17,575 bases of DNA. It comes from a virus (lineage: Duplodnaviria; Heunggongvirae; Uroviricota; Caudoviricetes). Each line of letters starts with the position of its first letter. Within the stretch, counting starts at the first letter, position 1. Positions 1 to 7,804 of the stretch are shown here, one piece after another. The position numbers and the translations under genes were made by a program. The DNA is taken from the IMG/VR virus record IMGVR_UViG_3300037882_000610, positions 1 to 17,575 of that record, one strand, 5' to 3'. The notes beneath the pieces are model-generated. The model worked only from the letters and a program-made list of their open reading frames with translations, ran no database searches and was not told the DNA's origin.

Positions 1-160
1 CGGGATGAGATATAATAGGGTCAGCCCCGGGGATATTTTGGCGCTTTGCCCGCCAGAATCACCCCGTCCTAGCATCGGTTAAGCAACGGATTCGCAACTG
101 CATATATTCCAGCCCGAGAGTTCTCAAAACTAAGAATATAGGCATACCCTAAAAAATTTT

Positions 161-754
161 TTATTTGAAAATTAGCTCCCATTTTGATAGAGCCTCAAAA
201 GCTCTAGGGTCGAGATTCCTCTTATATCGCCTTGCCAAGGACATAGTTACCCCTTCTCGTAGTCCTTTGTAGTATGCTCTTGCTTCAGCTTCGCTGTGGA
301 AGCCACGCTTGGTCACACTCCAGTCGTTACCTTTGTAGTAGCAGCCCCAGGATGTTTGCAAAGTGTTAGGAGGCAGAGCTATAGACAGGCCAGCTACAGG
401 AAGGATGGCCGTGTTGACTTCTCGTGGCAAGAAGCAGCAAGTGTCAGGTCCGTATATCTTGTTTCCTGGGACTAGCAAGTCCTTATCCAAGGCCCAATCC
501 GGCTCTCCCCACCCCTTCTGGGCAACTACCCAGTCGCAAAATTTTTGAGGGTCTTCCCAGTCAGGGTGCAACGTGACTCCAGCGTAAGTTGGATGACTAG
601 CTTGGAAAGCACCCTCAGGCTTTGTCCGTTGGGTGATGTTGTTGTGCAATCTCCCCAAGCGCGTCTGAATGAATCCTTCTGGGCCTTTTGTTCTTAGAAC
701 CCATTTCCCGTCTACTTGGAAGTCTGTGTTCTTATTCTCGTGTGTAACTTTCAT
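161..754 (-). CDS. Putative HNH-like homing endonuclease (phage 'W..FQ.F..W...LDKD.L..GNK.Y.P.TCCF.P.E.N' family)
   Basis: Motif WEDPQKFCDW...WALDKDLLVPGNKIYGPDTCCFLPREVN; AGGAGA RBS upstream. Confidence 0.75.
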   Translation of the reverse strand: MKVTHENKNTDFQVDGKWVLRTKGPEGFIQTRLGRLHNNITQRTKPEGAFQASHPTYAGVTLHPDWEDPQKFCDWVVAQKGWGEPDWALDKDLLVPGNKIYGPDTCCFLPREVNTAILPVAGLSIALPPNTLQTSWGCYYKGNDWSVTKRGFHSEAEARAYYKGLREGVTMSLARRYKRNLDPRAFEALSKWELIFK

Positions 755-771
755 GTCTCTCCTAAAACAAT

Positions 772-798
772 GCCCGGCATCCTTTACAGGAGCCGGGC
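772..798. terminator. Terminator-like hairpin between the 131-aa gene and the HNH-like gene
   Basis: GCCCGGC/GCCGGGC stem with inner TCCT/AGGA; T-rich tails on both strands. Confidence 0.55.
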
Positions 799-808
799 TT
801 TCTTACGT

Positions 809-1204
809 CTACTTCTCGGGTATCCACGGGGGAGGTCTGAACCTCATCTTCCTGTTCACCTCGTCCGAGGTAAGCCCTTCTGCGGAGAGCTTAATGACTT
901 CCCTTAGCTCTTCCATCCCAGGTTCATAGTCCAGCACATCTACCATTCTGTCGCTGAAGAGCCAGCAGCTACCTCGCTGCATCTCCCTACGGATGCGAGG
1001 CCTAGGAGCGAACTTCCAGCTCATGTAAGAGCCGTCAGCCTTATACACGTCCCAGTGTAACATGGAGGGATATTCCATCTTGAAGTTCCATCCGTCGTGG
1101 TACTCTATTCCCTGTATGTTCACAGAGAAGTGCCTGACTTGCAGGTTGAGTATGTTGGGGTAGGTATCCTCCAGCTCTCGCTTCATCATGTCGAAGTGGC
1201 TCAA
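809..1204 (-). CDS. Hypothetical protein
   Basis: 131-aa ORF, ATGA-type overlap with the upstream gene. Confidence 0.75.
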   Translation of the reverse strand: MSHFDMMKRELEDTYPNILNLQVRHFSVNIQGIEYHDGWNFKMEYPSMLHWDVYKADGSYMSWKFAPRPRIRREMQRGSCWLFSDRMVDVLDYEPGMEELREVIKLSAEGLTSDEVNRKMRFRPPPWIPEK

Positions 1205-1563
1205 AACTGTCTCCCAAACATATTGCTGTAGTTCCCGCTAGGAGTGTTCCATGTGCACCACTCAGGCACAGGCCATGTTTCCTCGTCCGGAAATGTGGCG
1301 CTGATGGGTATGTAGTGGGTCACATGCCTAGCCAGAGGCCAGCCTTTGCGATATTCCCTGGGCCTGTCACTGTAACCCCATTCAATCCATCCTTCGGAGT
1401 CTTTGCCCAGGCACATAGCTGTAGCCATGCTGAACCTAGTCAATTTGAACAACTTGTGGCGTGCTTTGCCTTCTCCCATGTCCTGAGCCCAGCCGTCGCA
1501 TAGCACAATAGCCCATTGCCCTTCTTTCGGAGGGTGGGCTATAACATCGAGCCATTCGCTCAT
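1201..1563 (-). CDS. DUF551-like phage protein
   Basis: N-terminus MSEWLDVIAHPPKEGQWAIVL and a VTHY-P motif typical of DUF551-like proteins. Confidence 0.55.
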   Translation of the reverse strand: MSEWLDVIAHPPKEGQWAIVLCDGWAQDMGEGKARHKLFKLTRFSMATAMCLGKDSEGWIEWGYSDRPREYRKGWPLARHVTHYIPISATFPDEETWPVPEWCTWNTPSGNYSNMFGRQF

Positions 1564-1778
1564 AGAATCCTCACGTCTGCTTCAGTCTCCAGCCAGACAC
1601 GTGCTCCACAGCTCAGGGGCTTGTCTGGGCTGTAGACCAGTCGGCTAGGTCCGTCGATGACAACTTCGTGGGCGTGTTGGGTGCCTTTGTAGGTCATGAC
1701 GGACAGCACAGGGTTGTTCTCGTTATTCACCCTGTTAGCCTTGATGATGTGCTGGTTTACGTGGATGCGTGTCTTCAT
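1560..1778 (-). CDS. Conserved phage hypothetical protein
   Basis: IHVNQH.IK.N...PVL...Y.P.KPLSCGARVW.ET motif, recognised as a widespread small phage family. Confidence 0.75.
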   Translation of the reverse strand: MKTRIHVNQHIIKANRVNNENNPVLSVMTYKGTQHAHEVVIDGPSRLVYSPDKPLSCGARVWLETEADVRIL

Positions 1779-2119
1779 GAGAAATTTGCATAACTACAGG
1801 GAGCACTCAGCCAAGCCTTGATACGCTCAAGGATTGTCGGGTTCTTCGCCACGATGATTGCATCCCGGAAGTCTTCCAAGGCCTGGATACGTGCAGCAGA
1901 GTAGTCCTTGTTTGATTCCCACCAGATAGGCTTCATTCCCATCACGCACGTTGAGCGATGGTAGGTCACGATATAGGAATCTCGGACATACTTGTCAAGA
2001 TCAGCCGCAGCTGCCCAGATAGCGTTGCAGCTATAGGTGTACTCCCCACTGGCAATGTAGCCAGTAGCTGTGTCGATGACATTCGGGTCGAGAGCCCTGA
2101 GTTGTTCACGGAGTGTCAT
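1775..2119 (-). CDS. Hypothetical protein, paralog family copy 4
   Basis: VIDTA..YI..Y.YSCNAI ... WW ... RIQALEDF. Confidence 0.75.
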   Translation of the reverse strand: MTLREQLRALDPNVIDTATGYIASGEYTYSCNAIWAAAADLDKYVRDSYIVTYHRSTCVMGMKPIWWESNKDYSAARIQALEDFRDAIIVAKNPTILERIKAWLSAPCSYANFS

Positions 2120-2466
2120 TGTGCGCCTTGCTCCACAAGCCAGTTACGGAAGACGCCCAGGAACTCAACGCGTTCAGGGATGTAGCGATTCGCAGCATAG
2201 TCGGTGCTCCACCAGAAAGGCATGCTATCGCCTTCACGTCGGACGACCGAAGAAGTTGGAAGCTTGATGAAGTAGTCCTTGGCAAATGCACAGTACAAGT
2301 CGCTGTGTTTGTATTGCTCACGAATGCAACTGAACTCGTCACCATCGAAGGCTTCCTTAACAGCCTGTTCAATGGCAAAGCAGGAGTAGGCATGTGACAA
2401 CTCTGCATTGCTCACGATTTCAATGGCCCGGTCTACAAGCGACAGCTTGAAGTCTTCTGCATTCAT
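2116..2466 (-). CDS. Hypothetical protein, paralog family copy 3
   Basis: LVDRAIEIV..AYSCFAI ... MPFWW ... RVEFL. Confidence 0.75.
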   Translation of the reverse strand: MNAEDFKLSLVDRAIEIVSNAELSHAYSCFAIEQAVKEAFDGDEFSCIREQYKHSDLYCAFAKDYFIKLPTSSVVRREGDSMPFWWSTDYAANRYIPERVEFLGVFRNWLVEQGAQ

Positions 2467-2765
2467 TTGGTGTTCTCCTTGATGATGTGGGCCTTCAGCT
2501 TCTCCAAGGCTTTGATACGGGAAGCTTTGCAGGGACGGGCGCTATTCCACCAAGATGGCATTCCCATTTCGTAGTTCGTAAGCGCAGTAGAGTGCACTTG
2601 CCGGTGCAGCGCAACGTACTGCTGCCCAGGCCCACCACCCTTCTTGTGAATGGCCTTGGAAGCTTTGCGCAAGGCGTTGCAAGTGTAGTGCTGAGACCCG
2701 TCTCGAATCAAGGCGATAGCACGGTCCACGATGCGGGGGTTGAGTTTCTTCAGTTCGTAGAGCAC
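2463..2765 (-). CDS. Hypothetical protein, paralog family copy 2
   Basis: IVDRAIALI..HYTCNAL ... MPSWWNS ... RIKALEKL; GTG start. Confidence 0.75.
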   Translation of the reverse strand: MLYELKKLNPRIVDRAIALIRDGSQHYTCNALRKASKAIHKKGGGPGQQYVALHRQVHSTALTNYEMGMPSWWNSARPCKASRIKALEKLKAHIIKENTK

Positions 2766-2977
2766 AGGTGAAGCCCTTTCTCTTGAACATTGTTTTTGTT
2801 AACGTACCACGAGTCGTCTGGGTTCTCGTGCCAGTCCCTAACCGAAACGACTTTGAGAGAGTAGCCACACTCCCTTAGGATGATTACATCACTGTTGTCG
2901 GGCAGGTATGCTTCCATACCATCGCACCAAGGGTCCAGCTTCTGGCCGGGCAGGATTGTTCCGAGACGAGTTGTCAT
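2750..2977 (-). CDS. Hypothetical protein (75 aa, start moved to MTTRLG)
   Basis: ATG at 2977 overlaps the upstream stop (ATGA). Confidence 0.65.
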   Translation of the reverse strand: MTTRLGTILPGQKLDPWCDGMEAYLPDNSDVIILRECGYSLKVVSVRDWHENPDDSWYVNKNNVQEKGLHLCSTN

Positions 2978-3288
2978 TGCTGTGCCTTTCCGGCAGCAAT
3001 ACAAGCTGCCTTGAACTTCTTGAGAGCTGCTGTGCGAGCAGTTTTATGGCGACCATTAGAGTTCCACCAACTTGGCAGCTTACCCTTAGCCCCTGTCATC
3101 ACCAGTCTGTACTGGGCACGATAGGTTTCCCCGCTCTTTGAGCTATCGTCTGAGCCGAAATAATGCCCTCCAAATTTCTGGCAAGCCCTGGACAATGCAG
3201 TACAGGTGTACCGTTCGCTTTTCGACTCTATGAGGTGGATGGCCTCATCAATGATGTCGAGATTAGGCTTAGACTTCATTTTGCTCAC
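2974..3288 (-). CDS. Hypothetical protein, paralog family copy 1 (start GTG 3288 or ATG 3279)
   Basis: IIDEAIHLI..RYTCTAL ... LPSWWNS ... RTAALKKF; GAGGA 5 nt before the GTG. Confidence 0.7.
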   Translation of the reverse strand: MSKMKSKPNLDIIDEAIHLIESKSERYTCTALSRACQKFGGHYFGSDDSSKSGETYRAQYRLVMTGAKGKLPSWWNSNGRHKTARTAALKKFKAACIAAGKAQQ

Positions 3289-3601
3289 TTGTTTCCTCTG
3301 GTTTTCCCAGCTTGCCAGTCTCCCGTCTGATGACGGACATACGCACAAGCTGCTTCATTGTTACGGGAATAGCCCCCGCTGCTATAGCTGCACTCCGCAT
3401 AGACATGGCGATGTCGAAGTGCTCTTTCCATGTGCCCGGGTATTGAATCCATTTCACAGCGACGCCAACCTTGCGCATCATTGCTTCAAGCTCTTCCCTG
3501 GAGTCAGCCACACAATGGGACATTTTGTATGTGCGATTGCCTCGCTTGTACTCTCCCATGGGGTAGAGGTACATGTCATCGACGTATACTGTCACTTCCA
3601 T
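3269..3601 (-). CDS. DUF4031-family protein
   Basis: VTVYVDDM...MSHCVADS.EEL..M..K.GV..KW.Q...HFDI...R..AI.AGA pattern. Confidence 0.75.
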   Translation of the reverse strand: MEVTVYVDDMYLYPMGEYKRGNRTYKMSHCVADSREELEAMMRKVGVAVKWIQYPGTWKEHFDIAMSMRSAAIAAGAIPVTMKQLVRMSVIRRETGKLGKPEETSEQNEV

Positions 3602-3717
3602 TCAACCTTGCGAAGGCCCTTGACGACGAACCACAGGATCATCACAGGGGCGAAGAACAGCCAGCCGACGAGGATGCTTCCGCCGCCGAGGTTGTGAGCT
3701 TTAGTCTTGTGTCGCAT
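3592..3717 (-). CDS. Small membrane protein, 41 aa (below the ORF-track cutoff)
   Basis: MRHKTKAHNLGGGSILVGWLFFAPVMILWFVVKGLRKVEWK; AAGGAG RBS; fills the gap between neighbours. Confidence 0.65.
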   Translation of the reverse strand: MRHKTKAHNLGGGSILVGWLFFAPVMILWFVVKGLRKVEWK

Positions 3718-4012
3718 TGCAGGGCTCCTTGTTAACGTGCAAGAAGTATAGCTCTGTTTTGTCCGTGTGTACAGCTACGAGCTGGCCCATCCGCGTAACG
3801 TACTCGATGTCGTACTTTGTGTCGCATTCCAGCAACGGAATGCTCTCGCCTTCGTCGTCCCAGACGCACCACTGCGTGTAGATGTGGCCTCTGCTACCAC
3901 CTCCCCCGTGAGCGAGTCCGTCAGGGTCTGTGATTGTGTAGCCGACGTGCAGACCCTTGATAGGGCCTCGAATCAGCGTGTCATACATCGCAGGAGTGAT
4001 GGAGACCTTCAT
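3701..4012 (-). CDS. Hypothetical protein
   Basis: 103-aa ORF in an operon with overlapping stop/start. Confidence 0.7.
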   Translation of the reverse strand: MKVSITPAMYDTLIRGPIKGLHVGYTITDPDGLAHGGGGSRGHIYTQWCVWDDEGESIPLLECDTKYDIEYVTRMGQLVAVHTDKTELYFLHVNKEPCNATQD

Positions 4013-4413
4013 TTTGCAGGGCTCCAGTCTTCCAAGACGGTCATCACATGGTCCGTGACCTTGCCGTCTGTCACTGTGTACTCCACTTTGCTGATGATCC
4101 CCGTGTAATTCCCATCCCTGTGGGCTTGTGCTTCTCGCAAGCTGTGGTGGACAGTGAGGCTATCTCCCTTGTCGCTTGCGTGAGCGACGAAATACCGCGT
4201 CACTGTGCGAACTTCGGGCACGTTCTCCACTTCAGGGCTGTCGCTGTTGTAGGTGTAGCCTGACTCGTCTAAGAACATCACGGTTTCTGCCATGAGAGGG
4301 CTAGGCGGCGTTACTTTGACGATTCGAGGCCAGGAACTGCCCCGGAGTGAGCCAACAACCGTTGCTGAACCCCCTCGGCGGGTGAGCTTGAGCGGCTTCG
4401 TCCAGTCAATCAT
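4009..4413 (-). CDS. Hypothetical protein
   Basis: 134-aa ORF starting MIDWTKPL, AAGGAG RBS, overlap coupling. Confidence 0.75.
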   Translation of the reverse strand: MIDWTKPLKLTRRGGSATVVGSLRGSSWPRIVKVTPPSPLMAETVMFLDESGYTYNSDSPEVENVPEVRTVTRYFVAHASDKGDSLTVHHSLREAQAHRDGNYTGIISKVEYTVTDGKVTDHVMTVLEDWSPAK

Positions 4414-4631
4414 GTCGGCTCCTTCTCAGAGTTGAGAAAATCGTTGCGCATTTCGGTCTCGAAAGCATGCTTCAAGTTGAGATACATCTCCTCGCTCACG
4501 GGATTGGACTGGATGCCCGACAGCTCGCGAATGCGCAGGTAGTTGGCATAGTCGAAGTCGCGTGACCATGCGTCGCACTCTATGGTGCTCCAGATGCTGG
4601 GCGGGAATCGGTAGCTAGCAGAAAGGCTCAT
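4410..4631 (-). CDS. Hypothetical protein
   Basis: 73-aa ORF, overlap coupling. Confidence 0.7.
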   Translation of the reverse strand: MSLSASYRFPPSIWSTIECDAWSRDFDYANYLRIRELSGIQSNPVSEEMYLNLKHAFETEMRNDFLNSEKEPT

Positions 4632-5317
4632 AGCGTCCAGTCTCCTTTCTCTTCCATGTGGGGCTTGTGATGGTCATAGGAGACAATCTGGCGAGTGTCC
4701 ATGATGGCCTTGATCTTCTCGAAAGACATCGGACCTTCGAACCCATCAGCATCGACGCCGACATCCAAGACCTTTCCAGGCATCATCCCAGGCCACAGCA
4801 AGCTCCCGTGGCAACGCAGAGCGATGCGGAGGATGTCCCCATGCCCGATGCTGTAGCCCTTCTGCTGATACTTGGATACACGCAGGAGCGAGACGAACGG
4901 AAAGCGTGTGCCCTCGTGGAAAGACAGGTGACGTTGGGCGACGTGCTTCAGGAACTTGTCATGGAAGACAAAATCCTTGGCGTCAATGTCGTATGCGCCC
5001 ATGCAGCACGTGAAGTCGAAGGCATCGAACACAGCCGCAGCCGTGTCAAAGTATTCGAAGTACACAAGCTGAATCACCATATCATCCTGTGCGAACGTCA
5101 CTGACCGATCAGTTGCACTGACAGCCCACCATCCATTTTCGTAGGCTTGCTCGATTGCTTCGTAGAAAGCTTGCTCAGACTTGAAGTAGTAGTCCACATC
5201 GTTGATCGGTACATTGGAGAAGGCACTCGTAAGTGCCCCTCCCGCAATGAACGAACCCCGGGGTGTGAACCCTCCACCAGCCCCGCGAATCTTTCCGAGT
5301 TCGCGGGCGTGCTTCAC
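4628..5317 (-). CDS. Nucleotidyltransferase (PolyA-pol/CCA-head-like) with an apparent metallophosphoesterase C-terminal fragment; start GTG 5317
   Basis: FIAGGALTS...INDVDYYF, VQLV, FDAFDFTCCMGAYD motifs; C-terminus HGSL...KVLDVGVDA...DHH; GTGA overlap with the upstream 49-aa ORF. Confidence 0.7.
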   Translation of the reverse strand: MKHARELGKIRGAGGGFTPRGSFIAGGALTSAFSNVPINDVDYYFKSEQAFYEAIEQAYENGWWAVSATDRSVTFAQDDMVIQLVYFEYFDTAAAVFDAFDFTCCMGAYDIDAKDFVFHDKFLKHVAQRHLSFHEGTRFPFVSLLRVSKYQQKGYSIGHGDILRIALRCHGSLLWPGMMPGKVLDVGVDADGFEGPMSFEKIKAIMDTRQIVSYDHHKPHMEEKGDWTL

Positions 5318-5463
5318 TTCACTACCAGAGTGTCGATGTACTGAACCAGACCCAGGGAAGCTGCCTTCCCGGCTTCCTTGTCTCCCGACATCAGAGCCAA
5401 CGTGAGTTGGATGGAGAAGAGAGTGATTTGCACCTTGAGTGCTTGGGCTTGTGCTTCGGTCAT
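5314..5463 (-). CDS. Small hypothetical protein, 49 aa (below the ORF-track cutoff)
   Basis: MTEAQAQALKVQITLFSIQLTLALMSGDKEAGKAASLGLVQYIDTLVVK; ATGA and GTGA overlaps at both ends. Confidence 0.7.
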   Translation of the reverse strand: MTEAQAQALKVQITLFSIQLTLALMSGDKEAGKAASLGLVQYIDTLVVK

Positions 5464-6764
5464 TCGAACAGGAACCAGCGCTTTCCGCCTTCCAGAGCCA
5501 TGCCCGGGAAGTCCTTGATGTCCTGTACATAGCGACGGGGGCGAGTCTGACCTGCAACTCGGGCCTGCTCTCGCGTGTCGTACACACCAAAGACCTTCTT
5601 GCCATTGACATAGCTCAGGTCGATCACCTTCTTCGCAACCGGAATCGGCGAAGGCGTCGGCTTGTTCGTCGGAGCCACAGGCAGGCCTTGCAGCACAGCA
5701 GGAGCGGCAGCCACGTTGGCCTGACCAGCGTACTTGTCGAAGTCGGCTTGCGTCATCGGACGGCCTTGCTCAGCCCAGTAGAGCACCAGCGAGCCTTCAA
5801 CCAGCTTGCGGTTCCAGCTTTCGCTCTGGATGTAGATTTCGTACTGACCGTGGTCGCCCGGGTGCAGACGTGCGTTGTTCACCGTGTCCAGGCCGATCAT
5901 CTTGCGGGCATCGTTGCCAGCGTAGACCTTGCCCGTGCTCTTCTCACGAATGAGAATCAGCTTGGTCGGCGAAACACGCGATTCCGTCTTCGTGAGCTGG
6001 TAGAACGCAGCACCGAGCAGGTATTCCATTCGCTTGGTCAGGATGAAGTCACGGATCAGGATGCCCATCTGGCCCTGGCCGACTTGGTAGACGCTCACCT
6101 TGGGCGAGATGTCCACCAGCTTCGACGTGTCAACAGCCGCAGCTTGTGCGTAGAACGTGTTTGACGACTTGGCACCAGCAGAGCGGGCCGTGTAGAACTG
6201 CGTCACAGCCGCTTGGGTCTGCACAGTCGAGACCTTCATGCCTTCGGTCGTGGTGTCCCACTCTTGGATGTTCTCCGAAGGAACGCCCAGGTCATCCACT
6301 TGGCGACGTGCACCACGCGGGACACGGAACACGAACGTCCAGCGTCCAGTGCGTGCCAGCTCAGCGATCTTGGCCTTGACTTGCGGCTTGTAGGTGGAAG
6401 CGTCGTCGTAGTTGGCTTCACCGTCCGTCGTCGTGAAGATGACGAAGGAGACTTCTTCCTTGTTCAGGTCAGGAGCCGTCTCGTGGAGCTTGATGAGGTC
6501 GAGCAGGCCTTGGTACAGCGGAGTGCCACCAGAAGCGTTCCATCGGGCGATGGGCTTCAGCACGTGCGGATTGCTGAACGTGACTTCGCGAGTGGAGCCC
6601 CGTCCACCGATGTCCACGACAGAGACGATGGTGTCCTGCATTTCCGTGGTTGCAGCCTTGACGATAGCGCCAGAGATGGCGTTGTAGTCGGCAGCAGCAG
6701 CGATGGCGAGTTGCCCGCCCATCGAGCCCGAGTGGTCGTTGACAAATCCGATATAGTTCTTCAT
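5460..6764 (-). CDS. von Willebrand factor A domain protein
   Basis: MIDAS DHSGSM, GGTPLY and FTTDGE motifs; additional C-terminal domains. Confidence 0.85.
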   Translation of the reverse strand: MKNYIGFVNDHSGSMGGQLAIAAAADYNAISGAIVKAATTEMQDTIVSVVDIGGRGSTREVTFSNPHVLKPIARWNASGGTPLYQGLLDLIKLHETAPDLNKEEVSFVIFTTTDGEANYDDASTYKPQVKAKIAELARTGRWTFVFRVPRGARRQVDDLGVPSENIQEWDTTTEGMKVSTVQTQAAVTQFYTARSAGAKSSNTFYAQAAAVDTSKLVDISPKVSVYQVGQGQMGILIRDFILTKRMEYLLGAAFYQLTKTESRVSPTKLILIREKSTGKVYAGNDARKMIGLDTVNNARLHPGDHGQYEIYIQSESWNRKLVEGSLVLYWAEQGRPMTQADFDKYAGQANVAAAPAVLQGLPVAPTNKPTPSPIPVAKKVIDLSYVNGKKVFGVYDTREQARVAGQTRPRRYVQDIKDFPGMALEGGKRWFLFE

Positions 6765-6776
6765 GTTTCTCCTTGC

Positions 6777-7226
6777 TTACTGAACCCAAAGATATTTTTC
6801 GATGCCATCACCGAGGGTCCGGTCAATGATGGTCGAGATGATTTCCCAGTCGCCGCCACCGAGGCCGGCTCCCAAGAGAGGAAAGTTGACAGGGACGCCA
6901 TAGCTGACAGCGTAGGCTCTAACACCTTGGAAGGCTGTAGCTACTGCGTCGTAACTGACATAGCGAACGCGAGGCTCCCGCCCATAGAACTCCTGAGTCA
7001 TCGCATTGATGACATGCACGCCGGCATCCACATCTGCTACAAACTGAGTCTCTCCAAGAAACAAACCCCCTGATGCCCACTCCTGCTTGTAGTGTTCATA
7101 GACCTGGGGCCACTTGGTCTTCACAGCTAAGGCAACGCCAGAGCCCATTACACCTCGGCAATTGCAGCCGTGCACAATGATGCCCTTGGCATCAAGTAGG
7201 CTACCTTGCCTCTTGATGATCGTCAT
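6777..7226 (-). CDS. Macrodomain (Appr-1-p processing / ADP-ribose-binding) protein
   Basis: IVHGCNC.GVMGSGVA.A.K.KWP, VINAMTQ and FPLLGAGLGGGDW motifs. Confidence 0.9.
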   Translation of the reverse strand: MTIIKRQGSLLDAKGIIVHGCNCRGVMGSGVALAVKTKWPQVYEHYKQEWASGGLFLGETQFVADVDAGVHVINAMTQEFYGREPRVRYVSYDAVATAFQGVRAYAVSYGVPVNFPLLGAGLGGGDWEIISTIIDRTLGDGIEKYLWVQ

Positions 7227-7804
7227 TCCTTACGTCCTTTCAAAGATTCACTTATCTTGCGCCGATGATCCTCAGATTTTGGAACGCCTCTTGTGGATGC
7301 ACCGTCGTAACGACCCTCTGCTCTGAGCTGCCTGATTCTCGCAGCATGCTTGAGTTTGCGCTCTGGAGTCCAAGCCTTCGTAGAGTTTTCACTCTTCTTT
7401 TGACGATGCTCAGGCGTCTGAGCCGCAAGCTGTCCAGCCCTCACTCTGGCTGATTTCACAGGGTCTGCCCACATAGCTTTTGAGGAAGCAGCCACTGCTG
7501 CTCTCTGCTCTTCAGAAAAGATAAAGCCCGGCGCGAGTCCACCTACAACTTGTTCTTCCATCAGATTCGCCCAAGCGGGCGACTCAACTATCTGGTGTAC
7601 TTTGGAAAACAGACTTGCGTACTCTGAACAAAACTTCTCATCTTCAGATGATAACACAACAAACGTGTCAACATCTTTGCCGTGAACTTTTAAGTGGCGC
7701 AGCCAATACTTCCCTGACCCAGAATACTTGAGAGGGTCTTTGGTTGTCTTACCGAAGTACATCAAGCCCGTTTTTCGATGAGTCTTGACATACAGGTGAA
7801 TCAA
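7223..7804 (-). CDS. Seg-like (GIY-YIG variant) homing endonuclease with NUMOD3 repeats
   Basis: LYVKTH..TGLMYFGKT...Y.GSG..W..HLK.HG; C-terminal PKSEDHRRKISESLKGR. Confidence 0.8.
   Translation of the reverse strand: MIHLYVKTHRKTGLMYFGKTTKDPLKYSGSGKYWLRHLKVHGKDVDTFVVLSSEDEKFCSEYASLFSKVHQIVESPAWANLMEEQVVGGLAPGFIFSEEQRAAVAASSKAMWADPVKSARVRAGQLAAQTPEHRQKKSENSTKAWTPERKLKHAARIRQLRAEGRYDGASTRGVPKSEDHRRKISESLKGRKE

Noticed and set aside
1-160. Genome terminus / packaging site or ncRNA at the left edge
   Set aside because: GC hairpins and an A6T6 tract are present, but the element is cut by the window edge and no function can be supported without read-end data.
5318-5611. N-terminal 98 aa of the 327-aa ORF 4628..5611
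   Set aside because: Overlaps the vWA gene and a better-supported 49-aa ORF; NTase motifs begin right after GTG 5317.
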